Shown: one piece after another, positions 1 through 13,685 of the stretch
Layout of the letters: every line of letters begins with the position of its first letter
How positions within the stretch are numbered: position 1 is the stretch's first letter
DNA from: the human T2T-CHM13v2.0 reference genome, Homo sapiens
Reading direction: 5' to 3' (one strand)
Length of the DNA: 64,000 bases
Assembly: GCF_009914755.1 (NCBI RefSeq)
Contig: NC_060932.1
Notes under the pieces: generated by a model
The model's input: only the letters and a program-made list of their open reading frames with translations
What the model was told of the DNA's origin: nothing
Databases searched by the model: none
Made by a program: the position numbers and the translations under genes

Positions 1-329
1 TTTATGCATAATTTAATCTAAATTATGTAAATACATCTATGTGAATAGATGCAGAAAATAATGAGTAAGATGCTAACAACTACATCTTGGTGGCTTTCTC
101 TTACTGGTATTTCCCATGCACTCTCCAATTTCACTTCTACTTTTAGGGCTTAGCTCTGCTTCTTTTCTACTTTGCAAGGGTTGAGTCTCTGATTTTCAAG
201 GTTTTGGCTCTTGTTGAATGACACGAGAAGTGATTATAATGTTGTATGCCCTGAATGCATGGTGCTGTGAGGATGTGGTGACTTTATCGAGTCAGAGAAG
301 AAAGGCAAGGGAGTGAAGAGTTTGAACAT

Positions 330-525
330 CTGTTACGTATCAGATTGCCTCATTTGATTTTTTCAAATCACCTCTTAAATAAAATGTTCTAATCCCCACT
401 TTCCATGTGAGCAAATTGAGATTCACCCAAGCGAAGTCAATCAGTCACCTCCTGTAGGCTGCACAGCAAGTATGTGGCAGAGCTGGGATTTGCACCAAGG
501 TCAATTTGGAGCCAAAGCTCACAGG
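330..525 (-). mobile_element. MIR SINE (degenerate)
   Basis: Reverse MIR core (cccactttccatgtgagcaaattgagattca...gtggcagagctgggatttgcacc). Confidence 0.6.
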
Positions 526-705
526 CTTCTCCTCACATCAGGCAGGCTCTAGGGACGTGGATGGCAAACCTGAGGGCCTGACATCTGGACCACATTCAGT
601 CAAATGTGATCTACTGGCATCATCCTCATGCACCTTCCGTGTCTTCTGCAAGAATCTGAAGCCATGAGCCAGAGGCTGGTGCATGCGTCAAAGGAAGCTA
701 CAGCA

Positions 706-1128
<423 letters not shown>

Positions 1129-1986
1129 TTATTCAGTCTTCCTGGTTTTTAATTGTGATCCCAATTCAGGAGATAGAAATGAAGCAACCCAGCATTCAGT
1201 TAAAGGTAATAATATGCATTTTCCTTTAACTGTTTCTTCAATCTCAGTACTCAATGCTAATACTCAGTAAGTAATCTCATTGCTCATGAAGAGTGCAACC
1301 ATTGTGATTCAGTTGATTTTAAAGCCTCATGAGATGACCTTGTAACACTGGAAGAGACCTTACTTTTGAAATAGGGTTGACTTTTTCTTAAGAAAGAGAA
1401 CACGACCCCTGGTTGCCTAGTATTGCCTTCTCCTCTGCTGTAGGATATATAAAAATAAATGTGGTCTGTTTACCCCTCCCCATAGATCAGGAAATACCAA
1501 ACTCTAAGGTTCTGGGGCAATGGTTAGCCCTGCCTTTGGCTCCATGCCATGTCAGGATATGATTTGAATGGCTCTAATATAGTTTGCTCCTATCAAAGTC
1601 ATGCCTTCTTTTTGAGTCAATTACTCAGCTAAAGATTGGGATAGAGAGAATTAATGGAAATTGTGGAAATTGAAGTTCAAAAGGCTAGATTCTCATCCAT
1701 TGTTTGGCCCTCATGCTTGACCTTTTATTCAGATTCTTTATTTTGACAAGTTATTCTTTCTGAACTTGAACTTGTGCTAAGGCTTTAGGACTATTGTTGG
1801 CTTACTAGGAAACAATAATTCCAAGCATGCTAGACTCCCTGCCTTCCTTCACACTGTTTACTTTGCCCGGAATGTACTTCCTTCCATGTCTGCATATCCA
1901 AATGCCACCCACCCTCTTCGAGGTTCTGTGTAAATATTCCTACCTTCCTGAAAGCTTCCCTGGGTCCCTCCAGCTGCCAGTTGCAA

Positions 1987-2235
1987 GACAGTGGGTAGTA
2001 GCAGAGAGCAAGGATTCTGAAACCAGACCAATGCGATTCACATCCCAGCTCTGCCACCTCCTAGCCATGGGACTTTGGCTATGTTTCTTACTGTATCTGT
2101 GCCATAGTTTCCCCATCTGTAAAAAGAGGACAATAATAGTACTTATCTCATAGGTTGTTAGGAGGATTAAGTGAGCTAATATATAGTAAGTGCTTAGAAC
2201 CATACTGGATACATAACGTTTGTTAAAATAAATCA
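1987..2235 (+). mobile_element. MIR SINE
   Basis: cccagctctgccac...agtttccccatctgtaaaa...ataatagtacttatctcataggttgttaggaggattaagtgagctaat. Confidence 0.75.
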
Positions 2236-2273
2236 TATTTTCTTTTCTGAACTGTTAGCATTTCAATTATATC

Positions 2274-2575
2274 TTTTTTTTTTTTTTTTTTTTTTGAGAT
2301 AGAGTCTTGCTTGGTTGCCCAGGCTAGAGGGCAGTGGTGTGATCTCCGCTCACTGCAAACTCCGCCTCCCGGGTTCAGGTGATTCTCCTGCCTGAGCCTC
2401 CCAAGTAGCTGGGTTTACAGGTGCCCACCACCATGCCTAGCTAATTTTTGTATTTTAAGTAGAGATGGGGTTTCACCATGTTGGCCAGGCTGGTCTCAAA
2501 CTCCTGACCTCATGATCCACTGGCCTTGGCCTCCCAAAGTGCTGGGATTATAGGCATGAGCCACCACACTCGGTC
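2274..2575 (-). mobile_element. AluS (Sg-like)
   Basis: Poly-T followed by reverse Alu dimer; imperfect TSD tcaat..tatcttt. Confidence 0.95.
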
Positions 2576-2696
2576 TCAATCCTATCTTTTATAGTGCTTA
2601 TCAATGTCTGCTTTCTATTACACAAATTATCTTCTCTCCTTTTCTAGCCTGAAAGTTCCTGGAAGGAAACCTGTGTTTGTTTCAGCTCCATATCCT

Positions 2697-3498
<802 letters not shown>

Positions 3499-3842
3499 AA
3501 TAAATATCCACTGAGTGCTTTCCATGGTAATTGTTTTGGCTTGATCCTCTCATTGCAAGTTACCAAATCTATAACTCAAAAGGGCATCATGTGTATTGTC
3601 TTCCCTATCCATAAATATTTGTTTATTTCCAATCATTCCTTTGGATAATGTTCTAGAAAATCTTTCAGAGGAAACACATTGGGATGTGCATCCTGCCAAA
3701 ACTAGTTCATATCATGGGCACAGAAAGCTCGAAATTGAAGTAAGGAAATATGTCAATGTCAGCTTCAATGTCAGCTTTCCAGGATGCCTGCTTCCTAGTG
3801 GCATTGCTGCAAGGTTCAGAAACTATTGTCAGTTTCTTCAGG

Positions 3843-4391
3843 TGTGGCAGGCCAGGTCTCACTAACAACGGTTTCAGTACTGTGTGGTTATGTTAAATAT
3901 TGAAAGCCAGTGCCCTCATGCAAAGGCTGGGATATAACAAAAGCCCATCAAGAGTTTTGCCTAGGCCTTTCCTGTGCCTTAAAGCATGACAAAATAATGG
4001 AGGAACTCTTAACAGGATCCATTTAGGATTAAACAAGTTTTATGGGGGGTCCGAAGAAACTCCCCAGGCCTCCACAAACAAGAAACTCCTCAAAGGTCTG
4101 TGGTTTAGCAGGAGACAAGATAAGGGTAATCACCCCAGCGCCTGGACCCATTTAGATTAAGTAAATTTACTGAGGCTCCAGAGGAAGGTCTTCAGGACTC
4201 AGACCTTAGTTATAGATTAAAAGAAGTTAATCGCTTATGGTTTTAGAAGAATGCACATTTACACATAGACATATAGCTTAGAAGATATATAACCTCTGGA
4301 AATATACCATTCCAGATAACCAATGTAATTTTGCGTTGGCCTGGCGATAATTTCCAGGCCTTCTCCCCATAACCAGTTACAGAAACAAAAA
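3843..4391 (+). mobile_element. ERV1 LTR, PABL_A-like, 3'-truncated
   Basis: Starts TGTGGCAGGCCAGGTCTCACTAAC; body resembles the remembered consensus; subfamily name less certain. Confidence 0.6.
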
Positions 4392-4596
4392 TAGCAAATC
4401 ATCAATTTTTAGTGAAAACTAGATTTCCAAAGGAGGTCCTGAAAGGCTCTTGTTGGCAGGTTTGCACATTCTCTTTCCATATGGAAATGTACTTAAGAAG
4501 CCAAATCAATGTGAGAAAGCTGCCTAGTGGGTATAGAGTTTAATAAAGAAATTAGGCCTTCAAGCTATCATTGCTTGATATATCCATTCTCCCTAG

Positions 4597-5029
<433 letters not shown>

Positions 5030-6889
5030 AAGTTATTAAAACTTCTATAACGATACTACTTGTCATAACAGATATGCTTCAGTTTCCAAGATTATAACAT
5101 CTTTCATTTTGCTGTCTAAACGAAGGTCTTCCTTTTGGAGAGGTATTCTAAATCTTTGACTAATGTTTAGAAAAGGCTCTAGCCTCGTTAGCAACACATT
5201 TACATCTGTCTTTGGTGTGTAATTTTTTAGGGGGTGGAAGATAGGAAATACCCAGTTTTTCCTGGATGCCTGTTAGTTTCAAGTTGTGATGGTGACAGAT
5301 TCTAACCTTCATCCCCATACTCAAGAGACTACCCATTTGAATCTCACAGTTTCAAAAACCGTGAATATAGCTGGCACCTTAGTTTCACTGGAAGGCCAAT
5401 GCCTTCTATTCAGCTAGTAATTTTCATCTGTTGAATCTGGTTCTAATTTAAAATATCAGTAGGCTCTATAGCTAAAGAAGTCATTTCTATAGTTTTAGAA
5501 CACACAACTGCAATTTCCCCAGTAAGTTGGAGGAGATACTGTGTGGTTACATAAAAGTGTTTTGTTTTTGTTTGTTTTATTTTAAATATACCTGAACTCC
5601 TTGAACAACAGTGAAATTAAGAGAATGTGCTTTCAGTCCAGAGCTTGCTGGTAGGTTACATCCTCCAACTCAGCATGTGCCACACTTTTGTGGTTCCTAA
5701 AGGTCCCGGGAACAGAAGGACACAGTCACAGACGTCCCTCTGTTCTCAGCTAATTAAGTAAGTAAGCTCTACCAGCTCTGTTCTCTCCACATCCTCACCC
5801 ACGCCACGTCATTGTCATTCCTTGAGCCAGAGTCCTATGTTCTCATAGAGAATCGGGCTCAATAGGAAGCTTTTATTTGAAAGGCAAAAAGAAAGCTTAT
5901 GTTTCAGGAGGTGTTTCAATGAGAAGATTTCAAGAGTGTTAGTGGTTGAACGTAATTTCAGCTGCATTAAATTCTGGAGGCAGGTTTTGCTTTAGGCTTC
6001 TGGAAATAAGAGTCATAGATAAGGATGAGAATAAGTGTTAAACACAATTCTGAAATCCCCTTATTTTGCAGAGGAGGAAAATTAGTCCCAGAGAAGTGAG
6101 GTACCTTATCCGAGGTCACAGAACTTCTTAGTGACGGAGATAGACCTTGAGTCTCGAGGCCTCCTGTTTTTCCAACTAGATCTCACATAACGGGAATTGC
6201 AAATGCTGGATAATTTCATTTGCAATTACTAACTCCTAACAATGTTAGTTAAAATTAACTAACTCCTTGAGCACATTGTAGATTTTTTTCCTGCTTATAT
6301 ACATATGTACACAAGAAAACACCGCAATATGCAATATACAGAAAATGTATGCAATATAATTTTGGTAGAACTTTTGACTTAATCCTACAGAAACTATTTC
6401 TTGAGAGATTATTACATACCACTTCCTACATCCAATGTGCCTTGAGCTAAAACTGTGAACAAAACCAACATTGATTTTGCTTCATGGAGCTCACACTAAG
6501 TGGAAAATGCAAATCAGCAAAAAGGCAGGAAAGGGGGACTGTGATTAGGAAGGGATCCCTGAGAGGTTGGGTGGGGATAATCATAGAGGGCAGCTTGGAG
6601 GAAGAACTGTTGTCTAGAGGAAAACCTGAAGGTGAGAGGATTTAGGGATCACACTTGTTGGCATGCCAGGTTGATTTCCTGTTGGTTTCTGTGTGCTGTT
6701 TCCTGGGCTCGGAAAGCCCCCAACACCTTGCTGTATCCACATTCTCATCTCCTCTCCCCGTTGATCTCTTGGTCATCTTTTCCTTCTGGGGGCAAGTGTC
6801 ACCCCTTCAGAAACTCCCTTTCATCCAGAACAGACAAGAGGTCTTTACTCTGGGTCCCTATCAAGTTTTGTTCATCCTTTATTATAACC

Positions 6890-7045
6890 ATTATCATATG
6901 CTAAAAATACATGCTTGCCTCCCTGTCTTCTCCAGTAGCTTTCAAGCTCTTAGAAAACAGGGACTTTGTCCTACTCATGTACTTGTGGACATAGTACCAG
7001 GTACAGGGCAGGCATTAAATCAATGTTGATATTTGCTGAATGCAG
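6890..7045 (+). mobile_element. L2 3' end
   Basis: aagctcttagaaaacagggactttgtc...gtaccaggtacagggcaggcattaaat...atttgctgaatg. Confidence 0.55.
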
Positions 7046-8085
7046 TGACTGGCATTGGGGTACCCTACAGCTCTCCTCACGCTGTCTCTAAACCACCTTT
7101 TCTCCTCCGGATTACATTTGAAGCCCCTCATTTGTAAGAGTCACTATTAGTAAAAACCTTAGGGTTGCCTCATCAAGAGAATGAGAAAGAAAATCTGTCA
7201 GAAGAGTAGACAGTCACCACCAGGGTAGGCATGTGGCTGCCTCATGCAGGGCCAGGGCCAGGGCCATGGCTGTGCCTTTCTTCTCTCCCAAGCTAGAGAA
7301 GAACGGAGGCTGCGGACTGCCCCCAGCGAATCCCAGTGCCCACATCATCCTGTGGAGAAGCCTTGACTACCCCCAAGCTGAGTCCTGACGGGACAGACGA
7401 GTGAGATCCAACTTCCCTTGCACTTCTGGTGATTTATATTGGACTAGAGTCTTCACCAGGGAACCTGCGGACCAAAATCAAAAATTATTTGAAAATTCTG
7501 AAGCCAGGCAAACATTTGTGGGTAGCGTGAGAAGAAAAAGATGAACCGTCTGTGCGGAGCAAAGAGAAATGTGCCCTGCTTCCTGATTGGGTGGTCGTGG
7601 TGATGGTGGGGCCATCTTTGAAAGAAGAGACTGCTGCTCAGAGCCTTCTGTGTTCTTGATTGCACTGTTCTATTAGCTAAATCATAAGAATTTTTTTAAA
7701 GCTTGTTTTTAATACTTAACTGGTACATTAGAACTAGTTTTATTTATCTAGAGATTTTAAAAGGCCCAAAGGCCACAGCCAGCTGCATCGTCCTTGTTGG
7801 AATGGATTAGTTTCCCTGCTTATTCATTTCCTACTCACATGTTAAGAGTTGTCCTTTCCATTTGAAAAGTATCTACGTCCACAGTAACTGCCCAGGATTG
7901 GCAAACTCCACTGGAGACGCAGCATGTGGAAGAGGAATTAGCTTAACTGGCTGTCCTTGTTAACATTGCCCCAGTTGTCATAAGCTTTTGTCTACCACAT
8001 TTTATCTGTGATATGGAGACAGAAGTCTCACTTCTTTCTGAGCCTGGCTTCTGTCTGTGCTAGGTAACTTTTTGCACTATTCTAT

Positions 8086-8595
8086 TGAGAAGTGAAGCCA
8101 GTTGGACTTCCAGGGTCCAGTGGGGACTTGGAGAACTTTTCTGTCTTACAAGAGGATTATAAAATGCACCAATCAGCACTCTGTAGTTAGGATTGTAAAA
8201 CGCACCAATCAGCACTTTGTGGCTAGCTAGAGGTTTGTAAAATGCGCCAATCAGTGCTCTGTAAAAATGCACCAATCAGCGCTCTGTGTCTAGCTAGAGG
8301 TTTGTAAAATGGACCAATCAGCACTCTGTAAAATGTACTAATCAGCAGGACATGGGCGGAGACAAATAACGGAATAAAAGCTGGCCACACCCAGCCAGCA
8401 GCGGCTACCCGCTTGGGTCCCCTTCCACTGTGTGGAAGCTTTGTTCTTTTGCTCTTCACAATAAATCTTGCTGCTGCTCACTTTTTGGGCCCGTACCACC
8501 TTTAAGAGCTGTAACACTCACCCTGAAGGTCTGTGGCTCCATTCCTGAAGTCAGCGAGACTGCGAACCCACTGGAAGGAAACAACTCTGGACACA
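8086..8595 (+). mobile_element. ERV9 solo LTR, LTR12F-like
   Basis: TGAGAAGTGAAGCCAG...GGACACA termini; tandem gcaccaatcagc(a/g)ctctg subrepeats; GC box; AATAAA. Confidence 0.9.
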
Positions 8596-8664
8596 ATATC
8601 TATGCCCTCAGTCATTCCAGCAAACTTGTTCGGTATGGACATTTCTTAAATGGAAATAGCTACT

Positions 8665-8785
8665 GGCTGGGCGTGGTGGCTCAAGCCTGTTAATCCCAGC
8701 ACTTTGGGAGGCCAAGGCAGGTGTATCACTTGAGCCCAGCATGGGCAATGTAGTGAGACCCTGTCTCTACAAAAAATAAAAAATA
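8665..8785 (+). mobile_element. Alu left monomer (FLAM-like, internally deleted)
   Basis: ggctgggcgtggtggctca...tgagaccctgtctctacaaaaaa; TSD aaatggaaa. Confidence 0.85.
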
Positions 8786-10357
8786 TAATAATTTAAAATG
8801 GAAAGACCTAGGTGCAGCGACTTGGCCTAGAGTTGAAAAGCACTTGAATGTCAGGTGGATGGTGATGTCAGATGGAGAAAATGCATTTTCCTTCCTCACT
8901 CCCTTGGACCTCAGTGTTCTTATGTGTCAAATGCAGATATTGAGGGAGGAATCTTCTAGAGTTATTTTCAGATTCTGATGTTCTCGAATCTCTCTAAGCT
9001 TTGTATCATCATAAACAGTACTTCCTGTTGGAACAGGTGCAATTCTTGCTGTGGCAATACCTATACCAGGGAAGAAACTGAAAATCCCCCAGAGTCCCCA
9101 GCTTGTCAAGGAGGCAGGGAAAAGAGCTCTCTTGACTGAGACTCCGGAAATGAGTCATGCACACTGCACCCTGGAGGACACATCTTGAACCAGGGATGAG
9201 GGGCCCATCCTGTACAGGAGACAGAAGTGGGGAAGGTGCTTGAGCTCTTTCTGCACCTGTCCCTTAGACGTTCTCCCTACTCCTGGATGCCCAAGGACAC
9301 CATTAGAAAATGGGCTCCCCACACACTCTCCTAATCCCTGTAAGGAAGAGAAACTCCTGGAGGGGGGATTGAGTTGGGTAACAGGGGAGGGAGAAGCCTG
9401 TTCTGAGCAGAGAGGAGGTTAATTAAAGGGGAACCAAAAATAGCCTCCTTCTGGGTGCTGTTCATGGCTCCAAGAAAAGGGGCAGTCAGTGTCTGGAACA
9501 CAGCAGAGAAGTGGAAAGGAGGGCTGACTTTGGAAATGGGTATTACTCGGGAATGCTTGTATTGAAGGTGGGGGAAGATGGGGTCTTGTGAGTCTTTGCC
9601 TTCTTCTCTCCTCACATGGTGGATCAGGGTTGGATTAGGGCAAGTGGTATCAGGCGCTCTACTTGTCCCCTGGGACCTAATGGGATTCCAGAAAGACAAG
9701 TGAACCCAGCTGGAGATGTGTGCGTGCCTGGCTGTACTCTACCTATGCCAGCACCCCCGGAAGTGGAGGGGGCCATTCAGCCTCTGATAGTCATGTGCTC
9801 CTCTGAAAGTTAAGCTGGGCTTTACATGAGGCAAAAATAAGATGATTGAGTAGAATGAGGGAGGGGGTTTTAGTACATTGCCCAAATCCCTAGAGGCGAA
9901 GGCATTTAGCAATGTCCATTGCTAAAGGAATCTGCTCTTCAACAAAATAAGGTCATTCTTAAACATCTTTATTGAGTGCCTACTGAATGCTTGGACAATG
10001 GACAAAGATGCTTATAAAAAAACTTTTCTGTGGGCCCTAAAGCATGCTCTCTGGGTCTGCCGGCCTGATCCAAGCTCATTAAAATTCCAGATGTCGGAAG
10101 GAGGCTGTGCTCCATCCCATGACTTAAGCCCCCCTTGGTTAGTTCAAAGCAACCTCTGCTGCCCTCATGGAAAGTGCCAGGTTCACGCCCTCAGCTGCAC
10201 TTCAGTGCAGAAGGGTGCCAGGTGGGTCTGACTCCAGGGCATGGTGAATTTTCTTAAAGCAAAGGGTACTTGAGCCCCCATTGTGTGTGTGAATCCTCAG
10301 AAGATGTGTGTGTGTGTTTTTTTTTTTGAGGATAGTGTTTGTAGCTTTTACCAGATT

Positions 10358-10650
10358 TAAAGAAAGAAAGAAAGAAGAAAAGGAAGGAAGGAAGGAAAAG
10401 AAAGAAAGAAAGAAAGACAGAAAGAAAGAAAGAGAAAGAAAGAAAGAAAGAGAAAGGAAAAAAGAAAAGGAGAAGGAAGAAAGGAAGGAAGGAGAGAGAA
10501 AGAAAAAGAAAGAAAGAAAGGAAGGAGAGGGAAGGAGGGAAGGAGGGAAGGGGAAGGGAAAGGGGAAGGGAAGGGAGGGAAAGGCAAGGGAAGGGAAGAA
10601 GAAAGAAAAAGACATGGGAGGAGAGAGGAGAGGAGAAGAGGGGAGGGGAG
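10358..10650. repeat. Polypurine (GAAA)n/(GGAA)n/(GGGAA)n tract
   Basis: About 290 bp almost entirely A/G on the + strand. Confidence 0.95.
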
Positions 10651-11620
10651 ATCAAGCCGCTTTCCCAGGTCCACCAGCTGCTTCACAGCTCAGGGGTAGG
10701 GTGGAGCCATTCCTTGTTAGGTCTCTGCTGTCACTTTTCTTATCCTACATACTTTTCTAAAAGCAGGGAACTGTACAATCCCTCCTGCCGGCTTAGCCAT
10801 CTGAAGGCTCTTTCTTGACTGCATATCCATTCATTGCCATGGAGGGGGAATACCAGAAGAAAAAATCACCAGGTCGACCCTTGCTCCCTGTCTTCAAAGG
10901 AGATGTCTCCAACAGACTTCCTTTAGGGCCGGGGGGCTTGTGGCTTTGGCCAGCCATTGTGCAAGCAAAGAAATAACTCCAAAGCTTAGCTCCTGAAAGC
11001 AGGGAGCAGAGGGAAGCCATTGCAGTGTCTGGAAAGAGGGCGAGGTCCCCTCTTTTCTGGGTAAGGAAGTGGGAGTGGGGGTGTGAAGCTGGCTGGGACC
11101 ATAATCTCCATGGAAGAAACGTCAAGCTCTCTAAGGGGTGTATTACCTTTCTGCTGTTAGTTCTAGCCTTTTTCCTGTTTTTGTAAAACTCCAAAACCCA
11201 TTGATTTTCTTTTACCACTGATGGATGTGTTTGCTAATTTGCTAATAATATTGCCTTCTACTGACAGGAAGGAACTTGTATTTGGTTACTTAATTTTGTT
11301 TCAGATGCCAGCCCTGTAGGAGGTGGGGGTGTCTGGACATTGATGAATTGGATATTTTCTTGCTAAAGAGGGGGGCACCTTCTCATTTATCTCTGAGTTT
11401 TCTCTTTTGTTTACCCACTGCCCACCTCCTGAAGCTTTCTCCGGAGACTGGCTCCCGGAGTGTTTGGGGAGCTCTTCCTCACTTGCTGTGCTGGCCTGAG
11501 CCCCCATTCTCCCCCTAACTGGAAAGATCTGTGCTATTCCCACAGCACTTCGTGTTATGACCCTTTGGAGAAAAAGCAGTGAGTAAAAACAGAAAGTTCT
11601 CTTTAGAGATATGCTGACAT

Positions 11621-12235
11621 TGTCAGAGATGTTCGAACCAGAGCAACTCCATCTTGAATAGGGACTGGGTAAAATAAGGCGAAGGCCTACTAGGCTGCAT
11701 TCTCAGGAAATCAGATATTCTTAGTCACAGGATGAGATAGGAGATCACAAGATACAGGTCATAAAGACCCTGCTGATAAAACAGGATGAGGTAAAGAAGC
11801 CGGCCAAAACAAAGATAGCAATGAAAAGTTATCTCTGGTCATCCTCGCTGCTCATTATACACTAATTATAATGCATTAGCAGGTTACAAGACAATTTCAC
11901 CAGTGCCATGACACTTTAAAAATGCCATGGAAACATCCGGAAGTTACCCTATATGGTCCAAAAGGGGAGGAACCCTCAGTTCCGGTAATTGCCCGCCCCT
12001 TTCCCAGAAAACTCGTGAATAATCCACCCCTTGTTTTGCATGTGATCAAGAAATACCCATAAAAACAGCCAGTTAGCAGCCCTTGGGGCTGCTCTGCCTA
12101 TGGACTACTCATTCTTTACTCCCTTAGTTTCCTAATAAACTTGCTTTCATCTTATGGACTAGCCCCAAATTCTTTCTTGTGCAAGATCCAAGGAACATCA
12201 CTTGGGGTCTGGATTGGGGCCCCTTTCTGGTAAAA
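11621..12235 (+). mobile_element. ERV1 solo LTR, MER41 family (MER41B-like)
   Basis: Starts TGTCAGAGATGTTCGAACCAGAGCAACTCCATCTTGAATAGG; ends GGGGTCTGGATTGGGGCCCCTTTCTGGTAAAA; AATAAA near 12134. Confidence 0.9.
11980..12009 (+). promoter_or_regulatory. Tandem GAS (STAT) motifs within the MER41 LTR
   Basis: TTCCGGTAA (11980-11988) and TTCCCAGAA (12001-12009); motif match only. Confidence 0.6.
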
Positions 12236-12562
12236 TTATTGTGGTCGGGAAAATAGCATGGTGCCAGAAGTTGAGGTGTGAAAACATGTAGATTGTAAAG
12301 CTGGGAGTCCCTTTCTAGCAGTGACTAGAAGGGGGGATCCCTAAGGCTAGAGTGATTTTCTTTTCCTGGGGGAGCAAAGCATATCTACTAGTAGGAAGGG
12401 ACAAAGGTAAATTAGGTGCAGCAACTTGTGTAATAGAACAAGCAATAAACTTGTGGCTAAAGGATTAGATTTTAGATCTCAGCTCTGCCACTTACTAGCT
12501 TTGTAACTTCTAGCAAATAATTCCTAAGTTTCAGTTTCTCATCTGCCTAATAAAAATAATAA

Positions 12563-13000
12563 TGTATCAGTTAGGATGGCTTTATTTGCAAATAACTGAA
12601 AACCCAATTCAAAATGGTTTAAATACTGAAGGAAATGATTAGCTCGTGGCTACTAAAAACTTTGTAAGTGGCATAAGCTTCAGGCATGGTTTGATCAGGG
12701 TTCCAGATGCATTTCTCTCTGAGTCTCTGGTTTCTGCCCTTCTTCTTTTGCTTTTCTCCTGGAAGAAAGATGGTGGCAGCTGTTCCAGGCCTCCCAGAGG
12801 CATATCGCATAGAGAACTTCTCTTCTCCAATCACTGGCCAAAATTATTGTACATCATCCTGACTGGACTGACTTACATCATGTACTCACGCCTAAACCAA
12901 TTTTTTGGCTTGGCCCGGATACCAGGCACTGTTCATCTTAGGCCTCAGTCACACATTCTCTATACCAACCACCATAGCAGGTGGGATGGAATTGCTAATG
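12563..13000 (-). mobile_element. Old MaLR LTR (MLT1J/K-like)
   Basis: tgtatcagttaggatggc...aaataactgaaaacccaattcaaaatggtttaaa reverse-MLT1 pattern. Confidence 0.55.
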
Positions 13001-13204
13001 GATTTCAGCTGGGGATTTTGAGCATACCATCTAAAGAGCACAACTGCTTCATGGTGGAGAAGGGGTATGTTGGCGATGTCAACTAAGAGTACCATTGTTC
13101 ATGAAGGATTAAAGGGAACATTTAAAAATATGGCACATATGAACATCCCTAACCTATGAGGACATGTCCAAATATTGGTCAAATCTGAATTTGTGGTGAA
13201 ATAT

Positions 13205-13685
13205 CATATATAGGCTTTTGATTGCTGTATAACAATTTATCACAAACCTAGCAGCTTCCCACAAAACCCATTTATTAGCTCATAGTTCTATAGGTGAGAA
13301 ATATGGACATGGTGTGCCTGGATTCTCTGCTCAGGATATCACAAGAAAAAATCAGCATGTAGCCCAGACTGTGTTCTTATCTGAAGCTTGGAGTTCTATT
13401 CCAAGCTCAAGGAAGTTGTTGACAGAGTTGAATTCCTTGCGGGTATAGGACGGAGGTGCTTGTTTCCTTGTTGGCTGCCACTAGGGTACCGTTCTCAACT
13501 CCTACATGCTGTTTCTAGGTCATTCATCTTCAAAACCAGCCATGCAGACTCTCCCTTGCATCAAATCCCTTTCACGGGTAACTTCTGTCTCTGGCTTCTC
13601 TATCCAGAATTAAAGGGCTCATGTGATTAAGTCAGGCCCATCCAAGGTGCCTGCACCCAGCCTATGTTATATTTCAATCACAGTG
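13205..13685 (-). mobile_element. MaLR LTR (MLT1D/E-like)
   Basis: attgctgtataacaatttatcacaaacctagcagc...atttattagctcatagttctataggt...aagggctcatgtgattaagtcaggccca. Confidence 0.6.

Noticed and set aside
8160-8350. Regularly spaced ccaatcagc repeats resembling a CRISPR-like array
   Set aside because: These are the known U3 subrepeats of LTR12; the spacers are similar to each other and the context is eukaryotic.
10202-10760. Lys/Glu/Arg-rich and Phe/Ser/Leu-rich ORFs up to 150 aa
   Set aside because: Artefacts of the polypurine tract, which cannot contain stop codons.
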